DNA of 64,000 nucleotides from an uncultured Gemmataceae bacterium (GTDB lineage: Bacteria; Planctomycetota; Planctomycetia; Gemmatales; Gemmataceae). Positions within the stretch are counted from its first letter, which is position 1; the number at the start of each line of letters is the position of its first letter. Below are positions 17,962-28,706 of the stretch, one piece after another. The stretch is taken from the NCBI GenBank assembly GCA_963750165.1, contig CAVVPN010000001.1, positions 1 through 64,000 of the forward strand, written 5' to 3'. The notes under the pieces were generated by a model. The model saw nothing but the letters and a program-made list of their open reading frames with translations. It had not been told where the DNA came from and searched no databases. A program made the translations under genes and the position numbers.

Positions 17962-20900
17962 ATGTCGGATTCTTCCCATGCCCCCGCTCGCCTCACAGTT
18001 CCGACGGCTGGCGACCGCCTGCCGGCCAGTGCCGCCGACGCGACCGCGGTGCTTGAGCGGGCACAAGCCATCGCCGCCGGTCTGGAGCATCGCGAGGCCA
18101 CCCTGGTCGGGCAGCGTGTCGGCCTCGTCAGCCACGATCCCGAGGACGTGCTGCTGGCCCGGGTGCTGAAAGCCTACGGAGCCCACGTCACTTTCCTCAG
18201 CCCCGTGGCCGTTTCCGGATTAACGGACTACCAGTCGGGAGCAGTCCAGCGCCTGGCGGATGTACTGAGACAGCAGACCGTAGGTTTGGACCTCGACGCC
18301 TTCGCCGCCGGTGAGGGGCCGGGCGTCCCGACCGAGGTTCTGCGACTTGATGATCTGTCCGGCCGCTCCGGGTCGCCGTTCGATCTGGTGCTGGCCCTGG
18401 GAATGCTGCCGGCCGGAGAGACGGCGGCGACGCAGGCGCTGCGGCAGCTATCCGGCCTGGCCCGGGTTGGCGGTGTCATCGAAGTGTTCGACGACTGCCG
18501 GGCGCCGCTGTCGGAGGAGGTGGCCCGGCGGCTGGCGGCCCAGGTCGGTCACCTGGCGCTGGGTCTGAGGGTGGTCCAGGAGCGCCCCTTGCGGATGTCC
18601 TTCGTGCGGCTTGCCGAGCCACTGTACGACTTCCCGGCGGAGGACGCGGGCAACGCCCAGATGATGGCCCATTGCCGGTCGCGGCTGGAGTTCGCCGGCA
18701 GCCTGGTCGCGGGGCTCGACGTGCTGGAGGCCGGCTGTGCCACCGGCATCGGCGCCCGCCTGTTCGCCGCGGCCGGCGCCCGCCACGTTGTCGGCCTGGA
18801 ACTGCTACCCGCGCTGCTCGACGAGGCGCGGCAAGACCACCGACCCGCGCGTCGAGTATCGGCAGGCCAACCTCAACCAGCGCCTGCCCTGCGCCGACGC
18901 CTCCTTCGACCTCGTGGTCTGCACGGAGGTGCTGGAGCACATCACCAACCATGAGGTAGCGGTCGCGGAATTCCTGCGCGTGCTGAGGCCGGGCGGGCGG
19001 CTCGTCATCTCCATTCCCGACCGGGAGATGGAGGAGGGCTGGGCGCAGGTCAACCGCCACTCCAATCCCTACCACCTGCGGGTGCCGACACCCGAGGAAC
19101 TCGCCCACCTGCTGGAGCCGTTCGCCGCGGTGCAGTATTTCCGCCAGGTGGACGTGGTGGGCACGGTGGTCATTGAGGACACGGACCATCGGCCGGAGGG
19201 GACGTTCGTCAGTGAGGCGGGCGATGTCACCGGCGACGTGCGCTCCGTGCGCCTGGCCGTTTGCACCAAGGCCCCGGGTAGGGCTGAGGCGTTGCCGTAT
19301 CACCCCGGGCACTGCGCCTGTACCGCACCTTCACGGATTATCAACTACAACACCACCAGAACTCCCTGTATCTGACCAACGACCTTGTCTGGGCCCGCTA
19401 CCGCTCCTGGCAAGAGACCAACCGCAAGCGCTCCGAACACGCCGCGGAGCTGGAGCGGCTTACCGTCCTGCCCGCTCCGAAGCGCGACGCTCTGATCCGG
19501 GAGGCGCAGGCCGAGCACTCGCTGACCCTGTGGCGGCACTCCGGCGGACCACTGATTTTCGACCAACCCGTCGAACCGGGGCCGTGGCTGGAGGGCCTGG
19601 CTGCCAGGCTGGTGAAGACGCCCTGCCCGTGCCCGATCAGGCCGAACGCCCCCGTCTGGCGCGTCCAGGTGGAGGCGGGCGAGCCGGTGCCATCGTTGCT
19701 GCCCGACCCGGCGACCTCCGGAACCGTTCGGACGGTGTTGTTCCCGGTCCCCGCGGCCGGGGTGGGCCTCCCCACCCTCTGGCACTGGCGGCGCCGCGGC
19801 GCCGAGAAACTGTGGTTCTTCGAGGGAGACGCCTGGCGTGTGTTCGACGCCGAGGCGGCCTTCGCCCGATTGCTGTACCGCAAAACCTTCGGCGAGCTGT
19901 GCCGCCGTGTGGCTCCCGGCTTGCTGCCGGCTGTGCGCCGGGCCGAGCGGCGCGTCATGCGCTGGGCCCAGGTGCGCGCGGGCCGCGAGGGCTTTGCCGA
20001 GCAAATCTGCGCGCCTGACGGCCGGTCCGAGTGCCGTGTCTGGGCCGACTGGATCGCGCGCGACAACGAGCAACTGAAGCGCGGCGACCCGGTGCCGGGC
20101 GGACGGCCGCTGCGCGTGCTGCAATATGTTCGCGCCCTGTACCCCGGCGGCGCCGAGCGGCAGATGTGCAACCTCGCCATCGGTCTGGCGCAGCGTGGCG
20201 TCGAGGTGGCGGTGCGGACCACACACGACGCGACCGGCGAGCGCGGCCATTACAACCACCTGCTGGAAGAGCACGGCCTGGGCGTGCGCACCGCCGGCCA
20301 CGGCCGCAAAACGTTCCCCATTCCGGCCGACTGTAGTGAGAGCCTGCTGGCCCTGGTGCCATCGCATCTGCGCCGCCACGTCCTCGCCCTTTGCCAGGAG
20401 ATCCTGACGCTGAAGCCGGACGTGCTGCACTGCTGGCTGGACGAGCCCAACGTCATCGGCGCCGCTGCCGGCTTGCTCGCCGGGGTGCCGCGCATCCTGC
20501 TGAGCATGCGCAACTCCAACCCGACCAACTTTCCGCGTTTCTACCACCCCTACATGGGTGAGTGGTATCGCCTCCTGTCCCGGTCGCAGCGCGTCCACCT
20601 GCTGTCCAACTCGCGCTCCGGCGCCGAGAGCTACGCCAGCTGGATGGGCGTGCCTCCCGGGTGTTTCCACCTGATCGCCAACGGCATGATCTTCAACCAC
20701 TTCCCCGTCCCGACTCCCGAGGCGCGGCGCGCGGCCCGGGACGCCTTCGGCCTGTCCGAGGGCGACAAGGTGGTCTGCGGCGTGTTCCGCCTGGACGAGG
20801 AAAAGCAGCCGGAAGTCTTTCTCCGAGTGATGCGCGAACTGGCCCGGCGTGTGCCCGGTCTCCGCGTCCTGCTGGCTGGCACCGGCGCCCTGGCGGCACA

Positions 20901-22170
20901 GGTTGAGGCCGAGGTCCGGCAGCACGGCATGGACCGTTACCTCCGACTCCTGGGCCGCTGTCAGGAGGTCGGCAACGTCCTGCTCGCCAGTGACGCCATG
21001 CTGCTCACGTCGGCGTTCGAGGGCTGTCCCAACGCCGTCATTGAGGCCCAGTATCTCGGCGTGCCGGTGGTGGCGACGCGCGGCGGCGGCACGGCGGATT
21101 CGGTGCTGCACGGCCGCACGGGTTACCTGACCGCGGTCGGCGACGCTGGGCAGTTGGCCGAGCATCTGACGACGGTCCTGGCGGATGACGCGCACCGGGC
21201 CCAACTGTCCGAGCAAGCCCGGACCTTCGCCTGCCGGGAGTTCACCCTTGACCAGATGGTCGATCTGACGTTGCTGGCCTATCACCGCATGTTCGAGCCC
21301 GTGACCGAGTCGCCGCGTGTCCTCACGCCTCTGCTGTCCCGGTTGGCGCGGGAAGAGCGCGGGACTGAGAGAGTGTCCGCCCCGCGGCCAAGGGAGGCGG
21401 CGAGCTTCACCCAACGGTCACTCACGCCCCAGGCCATCCTCACACCCCCGCCCAACGCCGAGACAGATAGGCCGGAGTTGACGGCCGCCGAGGCGCAGCT
21501 TATCGAAGCCGTCGAGGGCCACTTTCACCTGTACGACGCCGGCGGCCTGCACCGCCTGTCCCGGTTCGCGCACGGCCCGGTGGTCGAGTTGGGGTCGTAC
21601 CTGGGCAAATCGACACTGGCACTGCTGCTGGGCGCGGCCGAGAGTGGCCAACGCATCTACGCCGTCGATCCGTGGTTCCCGTCCGACCCGGACATGCTCG
21701 GTTTCGAGCACACCCGGCTGTTCGGCACTGAGGACTTTCTGGCCTTCAGCCGTCACGTCCAGCCGTACCGCGACCGCCTGAGTGTGCTGTGCTGCCGCGG
21801 TCGCAGCGTCCGCTGGGACGGGCCGCCGGTCGCGGGCCTGTTCATCGATTCCATCCACAGCTACGACGAGGTGCGCGCAGACTTCGAGCACTGGTTGCCG
21901 TGGCTGGCGCCGAACGCCCGGGTCGCGTTCCACGACTTCCTGCCCGAACGGACTGTGTTTCCCGGGGTCCGCCAGTTCATCGAGGAGGAACTGCTCGCCG
22001 CCGGCGAGTGGTGGTGGGACGACTTCCGTGGGGCGGTGCTGACGCTGCTGCGCATGCGCAAGCCGAAGCCGACGGTCATCGAACACAACCAGCGCTGCCT
22101 GCGTGCCGCCCAGCAACGCATTCGGGCCATCGCCCGGCAGCAACAAGAGACTTACTCCCGAGCCGGCTGA
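17962..22170 (+). CDS. ~1400-aa fusion: SAM methyltransferase(s) + GT4 glycosyltransferase + class I (Methyltransf_24-like) methyltransferase; frameshifts at ~18833 and ~19300
   Basis: VLEAGCATGIG, FDLVVCTEVLEH, RVLRPGG; frame 1 is open from ~19310 into the 19612 ORF; PGGAERQ, EGCPNAVIEA; VVELGSYLGKS, FIDSIHSY, FHD. Confidence 0.8.
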
Positions 22171-22203
22171 GTGCCGCGCTCTTCAGCAAGGAAGGAACTC
22201 CTC

Positions 22204-23424
22204 ATGCTTTTGAAGGACTTCACGCGGTCACTGGTCAACAGTCTGATGCAACGGCGGCTGCCGGGACCGTTCGTGCGCGAGGAGGGAAGCTGCTGGGCAG
22301 TGAACCTGCCCCAGCTGGCCTACCGAGCTGACTCCCTGGTGTCCCCGCGGCGCTCGACCCTGGCCCTGTACGAAAATGGCCTGCCGCTCAAGCCGGCGCA
22401 CGCCCCTCACGCCGACATCCGCAAGGTTGGCCTGGGTCGTTACTCGCACTGGCAGGACCGGCTGTTGTTCTCCACCTCGGACAACTCGGACCCGAACACC
22501 AACGGCCGCGACTACAAGTTCACGCTGTCGCCCTGGCTGTACCGACGGCGCACCGACCGTCCCGAGACCGACACCGGGCTGCCCGTCAACCACCGCAAGC
22601 GGGACGCCAGCCCGGAGCAGATCCGCGCGGACGTGGAATACGTGTTCAAGGTCGGTAAGGGCTACCTCGACGCGATCCGCGGTCTGATGCCGTCTCTGGC
22701 GGGCAAGAGTGTGCTGGAGGTCGGGCCGGGCATCAACTATGGCGGCGTGATGTACCTGGCGGCCTACGGTATGCGGCCGATGGTCGCCGACCGGTTCCTG
22801 GCCCCCTGGGAGTCGGAGTACCACTCGGCGTTTTACACGGCACTGCGTGACGAATTGGCGCGGCGCGACCACCGGGCGGACGTGCGGCCGTTGAACGCCC
22901 TGATCCAGGCGGGAGGCTACCCGAAAACCATCCTCGCGCGCTTCGAGTCGCCGCTGGAGCAGATCGCCGCCGCCACGGATAGCGTGGATGTCGTCTTCTC
23001 CAACGCCGTCGTCGAGCATCTGTACGACCTCGACGAGTCCTTCGCCCAGCTGTATCGAATCACACGGCCGGGCGGCTTCAACCTGCACCAGGTCGATTTC
23101 CGCGATCACCGCGATTTCAGCCGGCCGCTGGAGTATTTGCTGCTGAGCGAGGCGGACTTCCAGGAGGAGTTCGCCCGGTGTAACGGCGAGTGTGGCAACC
23201 GCCACCGGCCGGACGAGACCACGGTTCGCATCCGCGCCGCGGGTTTCGAGGTACTCGGTTTTGACGGCAACCTGTTCAGTGAACCGGATTATTTGCAGGA
23301 CTTCCTGCCGCGCCTGCAGGCGGCGTCCGCGTCGCGCTACTGCCACCACACCGCGGAGGAGCTGCACATCATCTCCGGGTTCTACCGGCTCTGCAAGCCG
23401 GCGCGTGAGAGGGTCGCCGGATGA
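22204..23424 (+). CDS. SAM methyltransferase with N-terminal 'YSHW' domain
   Basis: AAGGAAGGA RBS; VLEVGPG, DVVFSNAVVEH, RITRPGG, HQVDFRDH. Confidence 0.85.
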   Translation: MLLKDFTRSLVNSLMQRRLPGPFVREEGSCWAVNLPQLAYRADSLVSPRRSTLALYENGLPLKPAHAPHADIRKVGLGRYSHWQDRLLFSTSDNSDPNTNGRDYKFTLSPWLYRRRTDRPETDTGLPVNHRKRDASPEQIRADVEYVFKVGKGYLDAIRGLMPSLAGKSVLEVGPGINYGGVMYLAAYGMRPMVADRFLAPWESEYHSAFYTALRDELARRDHRADVRPLNALIQAGGYPKTILARFESPLEQIAAATDSVDVVFSNAVVEHLYDLDESFAQLYRITRPGGFNLHQVDFRDHRDFSRPLEYLLLSEADFQEEFARCNGECGNRHRPDETTVRIRAAGFEVLGFDGNLFSEPDYLQDFLPRLQAASASRYCHHTAEELHIISGFYRLCKPARERVAG

Positions 23425-24842
23425 GTACCCTCATCAAACCCGAACCAACATCTTCGCTCACCGCTGCCGCCCGTGACTCGGACGCGGTGGCCATCTCCGT
23501 ACGCGGCCTGTGCAAGGTCTACAAGATTTACCGGCACCCCAGTGACATGCTTCGGGAACTGCTCCTCCGCAGGCCCCGACACCAGGAGTACCAAGCTCTT
23601 CAGGAGGTGTCCTTCGACGTGCGCCGCGGCGAGATCGTCGGCCTGGTCGGGGCCAACGGCGCCGGCAAGAGCACCCTGCTGCGCGTCCTCGCTGGCGTTC
23701 TCGACGCCAGCAGCGGCAGCATCGTGGTGGACGGCCGACTGCGGGCAATCCTGGAACTGGGCACCGGCTTCCAGGACCAGTACACTGGCCGCGAAAACGT
23801 CTTCATCGGCGGCGCCGTCCTCGGTTACAGCCGCAAGGAGATCGCGGACGCCTTCGACTGGATCGTGGATTTTGCGGAGCTGCGCCGGGTGATCGACCAG
23901 CCCTTCCGCACCTATTCCAGTGGCATGAAAGCCCGGCTGACCTTCGCGGTGACGTTCTTCAAGAAGCCGGAGGTCATGATTATCGACGAGGCCCTGTCGG
24001 TCGGCGACGTGGGCTTCACGAACAAGTGCGTCAACCGCATCATCGAGTTGTGCCAGGGCGGGGCGACGGCCCTGGTCGTGTCGCACAACATGTACCTGGT
24101 GGAGCGGTTGTGCCAGCGCGTGTTGTACCTGAAACAGGGCCGGATCGTCGCCGACGGGCCGCCCGGAGAAGTGTGCAAGCAGTACGAGCGCGAGTTGTTG
24201 GAGCAGTTCGCGGAACGGCAAGTGGCGGCGCGAACCGAGCAGTCCGCAGCCCCGCCGGCGGCCCCGACACAACCAGCCGAGGCGCTGTCGGCCGCCACCA
24301 TAAGCAGGCCCGGGCCGGAGATCACGGACGAGGAGATCGCCGCCCTGTTCAGCGACCCGGACAATGAAGCGCCCGCAGTGCTGCACCACCGGCTGGTTAA
24401 GTTGCTGGCGGTGCGTGTCCTGGGTGGCGACGGCCGGCCCCGGTCGGTCTTCCACGTCGGAGAACCGCTGCGGTTGGAGTTCGACCTCGACAGTCGGCTT
24501 GCGCGGCTGAACGTTGATGTGGGCATCCAGATTTACCACGAGTCCGGCATCCACGTCGTGACCACCACGAACCGCTTCCAGGTCGATGCGGCCGGGCGGC
24601 CGGAGCGGCGGCGGCTGGACCTGGCGAAGGGCGTGCAGACGTTCGCGGTCGAGTTCCCGCGCCTGTTCCTGGGGGGCGGCAACTACTTTATCAACCTGGG
24701 CGTCTCGCCGAACGGCGATAAGCACTTCAGCGACCTCGACCTGTTGCTGCAAGAGAAGCGCTGTGCCGTCTTCGGCTTCCGCCGCGATGACACGATGATG
24801 AAACAACTCTACGACCCCCCCTCCCAGTGGTCACGGTGTTAG
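23421..24842 (+). CDS. wzt: Polysaccharide ABC transporter ATPase with Wzt C-terminal domain
   Basis: GANGAGKST, YSSGMKARL, IIDEALSVGD, VSH; C-terminal beta-rich domain; ATGA overlap with the upstream gene. Confidence 0.92.
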   Translation: MSTLIKPEPTSSLTAAARDSDAVAISVRGLCKVYKIYRHPSDMLRELLLRRPRHQEYQALQEVSFDVRRGEIVGLVGANGAGKSTLLRVLAGVLDASSGSIVVDGRLRAILELGTGFQDQYTGRENVFIGGAVLGYSRKEIADAFDWIVDFAELRRVIDQPFRTYSSGMKARLTFAVTFFKKPEVMIIDEALSVGDVGFTNKCVNRIIELCQGGATALVVSHNMYLVERLCQRVLYLKQGRIVADGPPGEVCKQYERELLEQFAERQVAARTEQSAAPPAAPTQPAEALSAATISRPGPEITDEEIAALFSDPDNEAPAVLHHRLVKLLAVRVLGGDGRPRSVFHVGEPLRLEFDLDSRLARLNVDVGIQIYHESGIHVVTTTNRFQVDAAGRPERRRLDLAKGVQTFAVEFPRLFLGGGNYFINLGVSPNGDKHFSDLDLLLQEKRCAVFGFRRDDTMMKQLYDPPSQWSRC

Positions 24843-24965
24843 CCAGGTGTTTCGGGAGTTCGTCCCACCGGGTAAAAGTCGGAGCAGGTGGGTTGGTAGG
24901 GCCGTTCGCTTCTGTCTTCGCCCCGGGTGGGAGCAGACAACTCCGGGTTCCGTTTCCGAAAACTT

Positions 24966-25307
24966 TTAGCGCGCTTTCTGTCCTTCCAGGCCTGGCGACC
25001 ACGCACTGCCGCCCTCACGGCGCCAGCAGTCCGTGGATCCGTAGAGGAAGTACGGCGGGTACGGCGGCCACGCAAACTGGGGAAGCGGCTTGCGGCAGTA
25101 GTCGTCGGGGCTGCCGGCACGCGGAAACCAGCGCGCGTCCCACCAGTGCAACAGGCCGCCGCCGTAAGGGTGCCAGCCGCCGGCGGGGGCCAGGCGCTGC
25201 AGCAAGCCATCCTGGGGCGGCTCACAACACGGCGGCTCCGCTCCCAGACTCCGACCACCCGCGAGCAACACAATGAACAATGTCCCGATCCACACCTGGC
25301 GTCTCAT
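24966..25307 (-). CDS. Small secreted Pro/Trp/Cys-rich hypothetical protein
   Basis: Signal-peptide-like N-terminus, GGWHPYGGGLLHWW, DDYCRKPLP; GGAGG upstream. Confidence 0.65.
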   Translation of the reverse strand: MRRQVWIGTLFIVLLAGGRSLGAEPPCCEPPQDGLLQRLAPAGGWHPYGGGLLHWWDARWFPRAGSPDDYCRKPLPQFAWPPYPPYFLYGSTDCWRREGGSAWSPGLEGQKAR

Positions 25308-25335
25308 ATCATCCCCTCCCCGCCGGGCCATTGGC

Positions 25336-26921
25336 CTACCTGGGTTCCAGGAGTCTTGCCGGCGGCATCAGTTCCGGCCCAGCCGCGGCCGGGGCGTCCG
25401 CCGGATCTTGTGGGCCTGCCGTCAGCGCCGCGCCGCACTGCTGGCCTTGCTGGAGCCGCACCTCCCAGCCGCCGCCGACGCCCGGTAGACGTTCACCAGA
25501 TTAAGGGCGATGTTGCCCTGTGCCACGGCCAGCTGGTCCTGCGCCTGCAACTGCGAATTCTCCAGCGTGAACAGCCGGTTCACGTCGGCCTTCAGCGTGG
25601 TGAAGAGCGCCTCCTGAATCTTCGTCGCGGCTCGCGCCGCGGCGGCGCTGCGGGCCAGGTCGTCGGCCTGTTCCTGGGACCGCAGGAAGCCGCGCAGGGC
25701 GCTCTGCACCTCCTGGGCCGCCGTCAGCACCTTGTTCTGATAGCTCGCGATCAACTCCTGCGTCAGGGCGTCCTGGCGGTGGACGTTGTTCACAATGCGG
25801 CCGTAGTTCAGGAGGTTCCACGTGAACTGCGGCGTGGCGAGCGCTAGAAAGCCGTTGGTCGCCAGCGCCGGCCCAAGGCCCACGTTCGCGTCGCCGAGGA
25901 TGGTGCCGACCGAGAGGCTGGGGTACAGGTCCGCCTCGGCCACACCAATCTGGGCGCTCTGGGCCGCCACCTGCCGCTCGGAGGCGCGCACGTCGGGTCG
26001 GCGGCGCAGCAGTTCGGCCGGGATGCCCACTGCGGCCGCAGCCGGGACGCGCGGCAACGGCAGGCCACCCAGTTCCGGCCCCGGGCCGAGTTCCGCCGCC
26101 AGATCATGGGGCGGTTCGCCCAGCAGTATGCAGAGCTTGTCGTTGGCCAGGCCCTGCGCGATCTGCTGCGCCGGGATCGAGGCTCGCGTCTGTTCCAGGA
26201 GCGTCCGCAGTTGCTGCACGTCCAGCTCGGTCGCGGTGCCGATTTTCTGCTGCTGGGCGGCCAGGGTCGCGAGACGCTCCTGCACTTGCAGATTGCTGCG
26301 GGCGATCCGAATCCGCTGCTGAGCGACCCGGTACTGCACGTAGTAGGTCGCCACATCGGCCAGCAGCGTCACCAGGGCGTCGTCGTAATCATCAACCGAG
26401 GCGTCCAGCTTCGCGTTGGCGGTCTCCACCTGCCGGCGGTACTTGCCCCAGAAATCGAGTTCCCAGCTGAGGTTGAAGGTCGTCACGTTGATGTGGGCCG
26501 GGCTGCCGGCAACGGTGCCGTAGTCGTAGATCCCCTGCGCTTGCTGGGTCTGCGGGAAGATGTTGCCCACGGCGACGGCCTGCTGCGCCTGCGCCTGCAG
26601 GACGCGCGTGCCGATGGAGCGGAGGTTCAGGTTCTGCTCGCGCGCCCGGGCGATCAGGGAGTTGAGGAGGGGGTCTTGAAAAACGTCCCACCAGGCACCG
26701 TCGCGCGGCAACTGGCCCTGGGTGCGTGGGTCCTGCGCCTCGATCCACTCAGCGGCGACGGGCGCCGGCGGCCGGCTATAGTTGGGGCCGACCTTGAAGC
26801 CGTTGCACACCCACTCCGCCGGGGTGGTCGTGACACAACCGCCGCCGAGCAGGGCCAGGCCGGCCAGCATGAGCCAGGCGCTGCGGCGCGCGGGAAGCCT
26901 GTCGGAAGCTGGCCGGCTCAT
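25336..26921 (-). CDS. TolC/NodT-family outer-membrane efflux lipoprotein (frameshift at ~25478)
   Basis: Lipobox LGGGC, VGPNY, WELDFWG, ELLRRRPDVRASE; one added base restores VYRALGGGW and a stop at 25336. Confidence 0.9.
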
Positions 26922-27089
26922 CCGTGATCTCCGTCGTGTGAGTTCGTCCACGGCCCCGGTGCGAAGTCGCCACCGTCGGCACATCCGGAACAATCCGCAC
27001 AGATGGAATTATCGGCTGGCGCGGAGCGATCAATTGAGGAAAAATATTAAAGTTGTGCGGGGGGTTGAGTCCCGAAATCCCCAGCTTGC

Positions 27090-28706
27090 CTACTCCGCGC
27101 CGATGTGGGCACCCTTCTCGGCCACCGAGCGCTTCATGAGCAGCACCAGGAACACGAGCGCCGCCCCCAGCACGGCGCTCAGCCAGAAGACATCGAAGTA
27201 AGCGAGGGACGCGGCCTGCTGCTGGCGGAGGTCGGCGAGCACTTGCACCGTCATCTGCTGCGACCGAACCGGGTCGCCGGTGTGCTGCAGGAAGAACGCC
27301 CGGCCGCTCTTCAGGAAGGCCTGCACATAGGGGTTCAACGGGTCCAGATAGTCGCCCAGGCGGGACAGGTGGAACTGCTCGCGCCGCTCCTGGATGGTCT
27401 GGGCTATGGACGTGCCGACGCTGCCGCCCTCGTTGCGCAGCAAGGCGAACAGGCCGACCGCGGCCCCGCGCAGGTGGCGGGGGGTGTAGAGGTAGGCGGC
27501 CACGTTGATCGGCGCGAAGATCATCGCCAGGCCCATAATCAACACCACGCGCGGCCAGACCACCTGCCACGGGCTGATCTCCAGGTTCATGATCGCCATC
27601 CAGTAGCTGCCGCCGGCCACGACGAGCAGGCCGCCCGCGATCAGCCAGCGAGCGTCGGTGCCGCGGGCGAGCAGCCTGCTGACCACCACCATCACCAAAA
27701 TGGCGAAGACTCCCGAGGGCGACATCACCAGCCCGGAGACGTAGGCGTCGTAGCCGAACAGCGTCTGGAGCAGGTTCGGCAGCGCCGTGCTGGCGGCGTA
27801 GAGCACCGCGTACGCACAAAAGATGATGACGCAGGAGGCGGCAAAGTTGCGCTCGGCCAGTGGCCGGAAATTCACCACCGGGTTGGCCGTCCGCAGTTCC
27901 CGAAAGACCAGGCCGGACAGCCCCAGCACGAACAGCACCAGCAGCGTCTGCACGCGCCAGAACGGATCGGCCAACCAGTCCCACTGCTGTCCCTTGCTCA
28001 GCATCACCTCCCAGCAGGACATGGTGAGCGCGAGCAGGCCCAGGCCGATGAAGTCGAAGTTCAGCGGCTGGCGGCCCAGCTCCGCCCGCTCCTGTTTCAG
28101 GTACGCCGGGTCGTCCACCAGCAGGTACGCCGCCAGGAAGGCCACGGCGCCCACGGGCAGGTTGATGAAAAAGATCAGGCGCCAGTCGTAGTTGACGGTG
28201 AGGTAGCCGCCCAGCGTCGGGCCGACGACCGGCGCGATCAGGGCCGCGATGCCGAACAGTGTCATGGCCGCGCCCTGCTTCTCCTGCGGGAAGCTGTCGA
28301 GCAGGATGGCCTGGCTGGACGGTTGCAGTCCGCCGCCGCCGAGGCCCTGCAGCACGCGAAACAGGATCAACTGTTCCAGGCTGGTGGCCATGCCGCACAG
28401 CCCCGAGGCAATGGTGAAGACGGCGATGGACAGCAGGAAGTAATTGCGGCGGCCCAGGTGCGCCGACAGCCAGCCGGTGATCGGCAGGATGGTGGCGTTG
28501 GCCGCCAGGTAGCTGGTGAGCACCCATTCGCTGTCCACCACCGCCGCCGACAGGCCGCCAGCGATGTAGCGCAGAGCGACGTTGGCGATGGTCGTGTCCA
28601 GCACCTCCATGAACGTGGGGATGACCACCGCGACGGCGACCAGCCAGGGATTGACCTGGAGATGCGCGGCGGCGGCCGCGGGCGCAGCGTGGGCCGTTGT
28701 GCTCAT
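27090..28706 (-). CDS. emrB: DHA2 (EmrB/QacA) MFS efflux permease
   Basis: FMEVLDTTIANVAL, WVLTSYL, FRVLQG, GPTLGG, WRLIFFINLPVG, RNEGGSVG. Confidence 0.93.
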   Translation of the reverse strand: MSTTAHAAPAAAAAHLQVNPWLVAVAVVIPTFMEVLDTTIANVALRYIAGGLSAAVVDSEWVLTSYLAANATILPITGWLSAHLGRRNYFLLSIAVFTIASGLCGMATSLEQLILFRVLQGLGGGGLQPSSQAILLDSFPQEKQGAAMTLFGIAALIAPVVGPTLGGYLTVNYDWRLIFFINLPVGAVAFLAAYLLVDDPAYLKQERAELGRQPLNFDFIGLGLLALTMSCWEVMLSKGQQWDWLADPFWRVQTLLVLFVLGLSGLVFRELRTANPVVNFRPLAERNFAASCVIIFCAYAVLYAASTALPNLLQTLFGYDAYVSGLVMSPSGVFAILVMVVVSRLLARGTDARWLIAGGLLVVAGGSYWMAIMNLEISPWQVVWPRVVLIMGLAMIFAPINVAAYLYTPRHLRGAAVGLFALLRNEGGSVGTSIAQTIQERREQFHLSRLGDYLDPLNPYVQAFLKSGRAFFLQHTGDPVRSQQMTVQVLADLRQQQAASLAYFDVFWLSAVLGAALVFLVLLMKRSVAEKGAHIGAE

